This document shows, one piece after another, positions 58,048-64,000 of a DNA stretch of 64,000 bases. Made by a program: the position numbers and the translations under genes. Under the pieces are notes generated by a model, which made no database searches, was not told the DNA's origin, and saw only the letters and a list, made by a program, of their open reading frames with translations. Position 1 is the stretch's first letter. Every line of letters starts with the position of its first letter. This DNA comes from an uncultured virus (IMG/VR IMGVR_UViG_3300025098_000028) (lineage: Duplodnaviria > Heunggongvirae > Uroviricota > Caudoviricetes): IMG/VR virus record IMGVR_UViG_3300025098_000028; one strand, 5' to 3'.

Positions 58048-59331
58048 ATGAGAGAACTAGGAAATGGACATTGGGATAAAGCACTAATGAGAAACATGGT
58101 GCATTTATCTACAGCAAATAACTATGAAGAAGCAAAAGATGAATGGCTAGCAACAGGTAATGTTTGGTGGGTCGGTAATGGCGAAACACCCGATTGGGTT
58201 GCTAATACAAACCACCAAGCAAAGTGCCTATGTGGTCATAATATCGTTTATCATTTTGAGATTCTAAATACTACAAATGGTGTAAGAGAATGTGTCGGTA
58301 GCGACCACATTAACTCCTATCTAATTATGAGACAAATTGCTCAAGAAAAGGGAATTGATATTTCCACAATTACTGAACAAGAAGTTGAAGATTGGAAAAA
58401 GAAAAGAGTTGGTTCTATGAAGGCTGAAGCATGGTGGAAAGAAAACGGAACTTCTTTCGATATGATGTTTGAAAAGGTCAAAGAAATTGATGTTTGGTTT
58501 AATGCTAGAATTAAATCTAGATGGTATAATTCAAAATTAAGGCTAATGGAAGAAACTAGAGAACTAAGAAAAAGAGCAGAAGGTACTTATGGCAACCCTG
58601 ATTACCATATGGCTTCTGTCGTTTGGAGATGGAATAGCGAAAATAATCCAAAGGCTCAATTTAGAACAAGAGGCTATCCTAATGATAGACTGATGCAGGA
58701 TTTAGCATTATTATTTATCAAATCCGAGCCGCTAATTAAAGAACTAGAAGCAATTAAACTTACTAAGAAATTAGCAGAAGAAGCCTATGAAGAAAGAGTA
58801 AGAATTCAACAAGAACAAAGACAGGCTAGAATAGAATCAAGAAGGGCTAGAGAAGCAGAAGAACAAAGAATTTGGAATCTACCGGAAAATGTAGAAAAAA
58901 GAAGACTAGCAGATGAAGAACGCCAAAGACAAAGAGAGATATATCGTGCTGAACAGGCTAGAAAGGCAGAAGAATTTAGACTTAGCAAATTAAAAGAAAG
59001 AAAAGCAACCTTTGCTTTAAAGAGTGAAGTCTTTGAAGATAGTTGCGATTACTATGGAATACCTGTCTATGATGAAACTTATGCACAAAACGATTGGTCT
59101 TTTGAGTTTTTAGCAGACATCAAAAAACAAATGATTAGCGGTAGGGGTTTGAGTGATAATCAATTAAATAGCCTAAGAAATATCCTCGAACCCGCTACAT
59201 CAAAGCAAATAACATTTTTGCGTGATTTGGCTTATGAAGGCTCTATAGAAAACCTCACTAAAGGACAGGCAGGTTATTTAATTAATAAACATAAATATCC
59301 CGAAAGTGAGAGGCATTCCGATGATAATTGA
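58048..59331 (+). CDS. Hypothetical protein: Zn site, coiled coil, C-terminal small helical domain
   Basis: CLCGHNI..CVGSDH; PATSKQITFL..LTKGQA. Confidence 0.65.
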   Translation: MRELGNGHWDKALMRNMVHLSTANNYEEAKDEWLATGNVWWVGNGETPDWVANTNHQAKCLCGHNIVYHFEILNTTNGVRECVGSDHINSYLIMRQIAQEKGIDISTITEQEVEDWKKKRVGSMKAEAWWKENGTSFDMMFEKVKEIDVWFNARIKSRWYNSKLRLMEETRELRKRAEGTYGNPDYHMASVVWRWNSENNPKAQFRTRGYPNDRLMQDLALLFIKSEPLIKELEAIKLTKKLAEEAYEERVRIQQEQRQARIESRRAREAEEQRIWNLPENVEKRRLADEERQRQREIYRAEQARKAEEFRLSKLKERKATFALKSEVFEDSCDYYGIPVYDETYAQNDWSFEFLADIKKQMISGRGLSDNQLNSLRNILEPATSKQITFLRDLAYEGSIENLTKGQAGYLINKHKYPESERHSDDN

Positions 59332-59569
59332 CTGGATTAAACGGTTCTTTGTCACGGAAAAAAAAATAAAAAGTCCTAAGTGCAATATTTGTGGCTTAGG
59401 CGCAAAGTTCCATATGTTAGTTGAATTTCAAACAATGGAACTGGTAGAAATTGAAAATAAAATATTAATAAAAATATGTGGTGAATGTTATGAAGAAGTA
59501 TATGAAAGATATAATCCCGAAAGAACACCACCGACAATACAAGTCGGGGTATTTGAATCGAGATTGTAA
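59321..59569 (+). CDS. Small Zn-finger protein
   Basis: CNICG..CGEC; start probably MIIDW. Confidence 0.5.
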   Translation: MIIDWIKRFFVTEKKIKSPKCNICGLGAKFHMLVEFQTMELVEIENKILIKICGECYEEVYERYNPERTPPTIQVGVFESRL

Positions 59570-59665
59570 ACATGAAGAAAGAAGAATAAAAATATGTAAG
59601 CAATTAATTACTAAGGGTGTTAAGCACTATAAAGCATATGAAATCTCTCTAAGGAGGATGGAAAT

Positions 59666-60301
59666 ATGAATATATTTGCATTATCAAAAGACCCAGTAGA
59701 ATCAGCACAAGAGATGTTAGATAAGCATGTAGTTAAGATGCCGACTGAAACTTGTCAAATGCTACACACAAATGCACTATTCAATGAATTCGTTGATAGA
59801 TATGGCTATGAACCTTCTCTTAGAAGACTAAAAGAATACCACGAAGAAACAGATTCTATGCTAATGAAACCTGCTATGTTGAATCATCCTAGCACTATTT
59901 GGGCTAGACAGAATATTCATAATACATTATGGTTGTATAATCATGGTATTGCTTTGTGCGGAGAATATACAGAAAGATATGATAAACAGCATGGAGCGTT
60001 TGAAAGAATGCTACAGACTCCTATTGAGTTTGATGCTGATACTACATTAGCAACTCCTGTATCAATCGCCATGTTCGATGAGTATAGAATACCAAATGAA
60101 TATGGTGAACATTGTTGGGATTATGTAATTGATTCTTATAGGCATTATTACTTAGAAGGCAAATGGCAATTTGCTGAATGGCCGGAAGGTAAAATGCCAA
60201 ATTGGTGGCCTAAGAACCACAGGGCAAAAAAATACAATGTAGGTGTTAGAGCATATAATGCTACTAATCCTAGATTCCCAAAAGTATTAATGGAGGAATA
60301 A
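59666..60301 (+). CDS. Pyrimidine-dimer DNA glycosylase (DenV)-family-like protein
   Basis: MNIF.L..DP...A....DKHVVKM..E..QML, NHPSTIWAR, EY..RY...H, YR.YY motifs. Confidence 0.7.
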   Translation: MNIFALSKDPVESAQEMLDKHVVKMPTETCQMLHTNALFNEFVDRYGYEPSLRRLKEYHEETDSMLMKPAMLNHPSTIWARQNIHNTLWLYNHGIALCGEYTERYDKQHGAFERMLQTPIEFDADTTLATPVSIAMFDEYRIPNEYGEHCWDYVIDSYRHYYLEGKWQFAEWPEGKMPNWWPKNHRAKKYNVGVRAYNATNPRFPKVLMEE

Positions 60302-60303
60302 AA

Positions 60304-60519
60304 ATGGATGAAGAAATATATAAAATAATAACAGATGCTTATGGAACTGTCTATGAACCTGCCCCTAGAGGGCAAATAGAATTGCATAAGAAACATGCAA
60401 GTGAGGGAATGGATATTGCCCTTTCTTATTTCAAGAAAAACCCAAGTGCAGAACATTTTAACTTGCTAAAAGTTGCTATGCTAACTTATCAGTATTGGGT
60501 TCATAAGAAGGTGATTTAA
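60304..60519 (+). CDS. Hypothetical protein
   Basis: GGAGG SD; coupled. Confidence 0.55.
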   Translation: MDEEIYKIITDAYGTVYEPAPRGQIELHKKHASEGMDIALSYFKKNPSAEHFNLLKVAMLTYQYWVHKKVI

Positions 60520-60629
60520 TGAAAATAAAATATAGATGTTTAAATTGTAATAAAGTAATTAGTAAAGACAGACATTATTGCTACGGTTGTTTTACCGAAG
60601 CAGAAGATAAGGTGAATAAAAATGAATGA
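60519..60629 (+). CDS. 36-aa Zn-finger peptide
   Basis: Not in ORF track: MKIKYRCLNCNKVISKDRHYCYGCFTEAEDKVNKNE; GGTGA SD. Confidence 0.55.
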   Translation: MKIKYRCLNCNKVISKDRHYCYGCFTEAEDKVNKNE

Positions 60630-60939
60630 TTGTAAAATATGTAATGGAGCAGGTTTCTATAAACAAGCAAACCATAGATTAGAAATTCTAGAATGGGTTG
60701 AGTGTATAGAATGTATGCTAGAAGACCACTATAGAGAATCAATTGAATTTGATATACAGTTGCTACTATCTAAAACTAGTCCTCAAAAACTAGCACAAAT
60801 TGTAGCACAACTATTAGTCAATTCGATGGATATGGAAGGCCAAGAGAGCCTTCAAAGATTAGATGATATAGCACAAGGGAAAGATGTAATGAATCTCCTA
60901 GTGCTTGCAGAAACAACAGTAAATGGAATAAAGAAGTGA
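60622..60939 (+). CDS. CxxCxGxG Zn-finger protein
   Basis: CKICNGAG..CIEC. Confidence 0.6.
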   Translation: MNDCKICNGAGFYKQANHRLEILEWVECIECMLEDHYRESIEFDIQLLLSKTSPQKLAQIVAQLLVNSMDMEGQESLQRLDDIAQGKDVMNLLVLAETTVNGIKK

Positions 60940-60943
60940 TAAC

Positions 60944-61189
60944 ATGATAACAGAAGAAAAGACACAAGTAGAGTTTAGAATTATAAACACAGAAGAAATG
61001 CCCCCTATTGTAATAACCCAAAGTGATAATGACAACCCTAAAGTGGTGTTGAATATTCATCACAAAATTTGGATTAGTCTACATAGGAAAGTGATAGCAG
61101 GTATTATTGAAAGCCTCCAAGATAAATTGGATTCAATATTAACCTCTTATTTAGCAGAACAAAGAGCATTTGAAAAGATGGATGAGTGA
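60944..61189 (+). CDS. Hypothetical protein
   Basis: Coupled ORF. Confidence 0.55.
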   Translation: MITEEKTQVEFRIINTEEMPPIVITQSDNDNPKVVLNIHHKIWISLHRKVIAGIIESLQDKLDSILTSYLAEQRAFEKMDE

Positions 61190-61194
61190 ACAAA

Positions 61195-61305
61195 ATGATA
61201 GGAAAAATATTAGAAAAAGTAGTAATAACAACGCTAGCAATAGGAACAGGAGCATTCATGCTCGGCTTTTTAGCCCAAAATGATGATTACGAGGATTTAG
61301 AATAG
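61195..61305 (+). CDS. 36-aa single-TM peptide
   Basis: Not in ORF track: MIGKILEKVVITTLAIGTGAFMLGFLAQNDDYEDLE. Confidence 0.45.
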   Translation: MIGKILEKVVITTLAIGTGAFMLGFLAQNDDYEDLE

Positions 61306-61319
61306 ACTCCTTTAAATAT
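61303..61319 (+). promoter_or_regulatory. Second copy of promoter TAGACTCCTTTAAATAT
   Basis: Identical to 56194-56210; upstream of the ubiquitin-like gene. Confidence 0.7.
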
Positions 61320-61358
61320 AGTATGAAGAATGAATAGAATATAACGGAAAGTGATAAG

Positions 61359-61565
61359 ATGATTAGATTAAGAATTATGAACGAAACAGGCCATACAGAA
61401 GTAATGTTGAGTAGTGACAGCATTATCGAACAAATTGACACACACCCAACCCATTGGTGTTTTATTGATGGGGAAATGGTAGCAAGAGAAGAAATTTCGA
61501 ATGTTAATTGGGATGAAGTCCAAGCAGTAGACCTAACTCCTGCTATTGTTGGAGGATGCGAATAA
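61359..61565 (+). CDS. Ubiquitin-like (ThiS/MoaD/SAMP-type beta-grasp) protein
   Basis: 68 aa; FIDGEMVAR and VDLTPAIVGG-CE C-terminus. Confidence 0.65.
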   Translation: MIRLRIMNETGHTEVMLSSDSIIEQIDTHPTHWCFIDGEMVAREEISNVNWDEVQAVDLTPAIVGGCE

Positions 61566-61649
61566 TTACTATTCAATAATACTTCATACTTACGGAGGAG
61601 GGCTATTTTCTCCTATTAATAGTCCTTCTCCACCTATTTAGGTGATATT

Positions 61650-62027
61650 TTGAGAGGCTTTGAATCGTATCAAGAGTTTTTGACTACGGTTCTAGTTTTC
61701 TCACAACATCTATCTATTGATTCCCTTGAAAAAATTAATGATGCTAGGGAATACATATCGAATAATAGATGGATGACAAAAAAGGAAAAATATAATTATT
61801 GGTGCAATACCATACATCTTTGTCTTTGGGAAATACCCCAAGCAATAGATATCGGATTCAACGCATATCTAAATGAGAAACTCTCTCATTATAGAGATGC
61901 CTTAAGATATCATGATGAAAATTGTGATAACTACTATAACTGTAAAGTCTGTGAGTTAAAAACAGATATGATAAATAAAATGAGTGATTTAAATGACAAA
62001 AGAAAAAGACCCGAAGTATGTTCTTAA
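61650..62027 (+). CDS. Hypothetical protein
   Basis: AGGTGA SD, TTG start; HDENC..CKVC. Confidence 0.55.
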   Translation: MRGFESYQEFLTTVLVFSQHLSIDSLEKINDAREYISNNRWMTKKEKYNYWCNTIHLCLWEIPQAIDIGFNAYLNEKLSHYRDALRYHDENCDNYYNCKVCELKTDMINKMSDLNDKRKRPEVCS

Positions 62028-62161
62028 TAAAAGAAAGAACAAAACAGTGGCAACATGCTGTAGAGTGTGTGGAGGTCAGTTGATGACAGCACAAGATATA
62101 GCAAAGGAAATACACGAAGAGTGTGATAGAGATAATAATAAAATATACATGATGTGATAAT

Positions 62162-63328
62162 ATGGAAAAAATGGAAATACAAATTAAGAAACCAAATGAT
62201 AGTAATGAATATTATATAACATCAGTTTCCTGTAATGAAGAACAAGGAGTCTATTTTCCCACTAGGAGAACTGTTGTCTATGATATGACACATAAAGACC
62301 CTGTTCATGCAGGTATTGTAAAATTATGGAAAGAGATTCTAGGAACTAGAAGAAGTTATTTTCCTAGCGATAGAGACTATAGCATAATGATTATGATAAA
62401 ATCTTGCCCTTTACTTATTGGTAGAAGCGGGAGTAGATTAAAACTTCAAGGGCAGTATGCTAGTCTTTCTACTATTGCCTCTATTTTAGCGAGGGTAACT
62501 TACAAATCTTGTTTTGAAGATGACCCCGAAAAATTGATGTTAAGTGTTTATTCTACAATGAATTTACCCGAAGATGCTAGGTATTGTTTAGAAAACAGAA
62601 TGCCATACCACTTTTACGAAGACTTTGAAAAGATAGAAGTTAGATTAAACTGTCAGCAAATTAGTGATACAGAATTAGCCGTAGAAATAACTGATGGTGT
62701 TTGGGGAACTATGAAAATAAAAGATGTTACAGCATATTGTAGTTTCTACTTACATAAAAATGAAAGAGGTAAGAAATGGAAACGGCTCTCACCTAAGAAA
62801 TTGTATACTGTTCTAGTTGGTAAGAAACCAACAGATTCCCAATTAAAAGTAATGGCCGCCTTTCTAAAACAGAATAGAATGGGCGATATTGTAGAAAAGA
62901 GAGCCATGCAATTAGTAGATGATATGTTAGAACAACACCAAGAAAAACTAATACCGTTTTTCGATACAAATGGTGTTTTGAGAGATTTGGTTGTAAAAGG
63001 CAAACAACATGATTGGAGGCTTACATACCGAGGTTCCGGAGACTATAGAAGAACGACAGGTAGACAAAATGTTTCTACCTATATTCTTCAAGAAGTAACT
63101 AGAGATGATGAATTAGTAAAAGAATGGAAAGGGCCGATATGTATAGATAACATGGCAGGAGGTTCTCCATTAGGCGACCAATATGCTGCTAGAGCATTAG
63201 CCCTAATGAATGATACTCATACTATGAAAATAGTAAGCACAATTAGAAGTTACATTGTAAATGATAATAAAGATATAAGAGTGGATGAAAATGTATTGCG
63301 AAAATTGCGGGAAAGAGACTCCGAATGA
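62162..63328 (+). CDS. Hypothetical protein, 388 aa
   Basis: Long ORF; function not recognised. Confidence 0.6.
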   Translation: MEKMEIQIKKPNDSNEYYITSVSCNEEQGVYFPTRRTVVYDMTHKDPVHAGIVKLWKEILGTRRSYFPSDRDYSIMIMIKSCPLLIGRSGSRLKLQGQYASLSTIASILARVTYKSCFEDDPEKLMLSVYSTMNLPEDARYCLENRMPYHFYEDFEKIEVRLNCQQISDTELAVEITDGVWGTMKIKDVTAYCSFYLHKNERGKKWKRLSPKKLYTVLVGKKPTDSQLKVMAAFLKQNRMGDIVEKRAMQLVDDMLEQHQEKLIPFFDTNGVLRDLVVKGKQHDWRLTYRGSGDYRRTTGRQNVSTYILQEVTRDDELVKEWKGPICIDNMAGGSPLGDQYAARALALMNDTHTMKIVSTIRSYIVNDNKDIRVDENVLRKLRERDSE

Positions 63329-64000
63329 GTTTGATGAAAGACTAGGAGAACACACTTGTTTAGATTGTGGCCTTGTTTTAGTTACAGAAATATTTGAACA
63401 GACTGTTCATATTTTAGATAGTAGCGGAGAAGTAAGACATTCTATAGATAATAAATTAGGTTCAGTGAATGCCCCTAGTAAATTAAATAGACTAAACAAT
63501 CGTTCTATTTATTCTAAGAGTATTATCCAAGGATTGATTCATTGTAATATGGTTTTAGGCTCTATACAGCCCAACTCGCCACTAAAGGATAGAGTTGAAG
63601 AGTTTTACCTATACTGTAATAGAAAGGCAGTATTCGGTAAAACACAATACGAGGCTAGAGCAACCGCAGTAGTATATTATGTATTGAAAGAGAACGGAAC
63701 TCCTCATCTATTGGCTGATGTAAATAGCGAATTTAATGCTAGGACAAAAACAGTAAAAAAACTATTGAGAAAGATGAATCAACTAAATAAAAACATGGTT
63801 AGTAGAAAACCTATCAATCCTCAATATCAATTAGAACAAGTATTAATGAAGATTAATGGTGGTTCTGTCTTCAATGAACAATGTTATGAAGTTTTAGAAT
63901 ATTTCGAAAGCGTTATTGTAAATAGCGACTTTAACAAAGGGCGTTCCTATTACGCCTGTATTGCGTGGATAGCGGCCAACTGTAATGTTAGAAAAGACAT
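63291..64000 (+). CDS. tfb: Transcription factor B (TFB/TFIIB) homolog, truncated by the window end
   Basis: Not in ORF track. Zn ribbon MYCENCG..FDERLGEHTCLDCGLV; cyclin-repeat motif EARATAVVYYVLKENGTPHLLADV. Confidence 0.85.
   Translation, partial: MYCENCGKETPNEFDERLGEHTCLDCGLVLVTEIFEQTVHILDSSGEVRHSIDNKLGSVNAPSKLNRLNNRSIYSKSIIQGLIHCNMVLGSIQPNSPLKDRVEEFYLYCNRKAVFGKTQYEARATAVVYYVLKENGTPHLLADVNSEFNARTKTVKKLLRKMNQLNKNMVSRKPINPQYQLEQVLMKINGGSVFNEQCYEVLEYFESVIVNSDFNKGRSYYACIAWIAANCNVRKD

Noticed and set aside
58604..58613. Extra ACCATATGG inside the 58048 gene
   Set aside because: Lacks CAAAG/CTTTG arms and lies in coding sequence; likely chance.
1..64000. Alternative genetic code, DGR or reverse transcriptase
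   Set aside because: Genes read through normally in the standard code; no RT motifs or adenine-variable repeat pairs were noticed.

Overview
AT-rich segment of a tailed dsDNA archaeal virus (HK97-fold capsid, siphovirus-type tail, GGTGA Shine-Dalgarno sites, TATA boxes, TFB gene). Gene content and order most resemble magroviruses of Marine Group II (Poseidoniales) archaea; this assignment is inferred, not searched. 1-50.1 kb is a minus-strand late/morphogenesis region: tail fibre, baseplate, tape measure, tail chaperone with a -1 frameshift, tail tube, neck, a small-GTPase plus membrane-protein cluster, major capsid protein, prohead protease/scaffold, a multidomain ATP-dependent DNA ligase, portal, a LAGLIDADG-domain protein and terminase. 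It ends in ~15 kb of unrelated ORFs, 21 of which share an N-terminal W-x-x-I-L-K-type tag resembling the scaffold C-terminal peptide MDWSDIHK, a candidate capsid cargo-loading system. 50.5-55.7 kb is an array of small gene cassettes delimited by 11 copies of a CAAAG..ACCATATGGT..CTTTG palindrome. 55.8-56.2 kb is a large inverted-repeat element (candidate origin). 56.2-64 kb holds plus-strand early/middle genes, including a ubiquitin-like protein, a DenV-family glycosylase-like protein, a candidate structured RNA and a TFB homolog. No tRNA, rRNA, CRISPR array or integrase was recognised.
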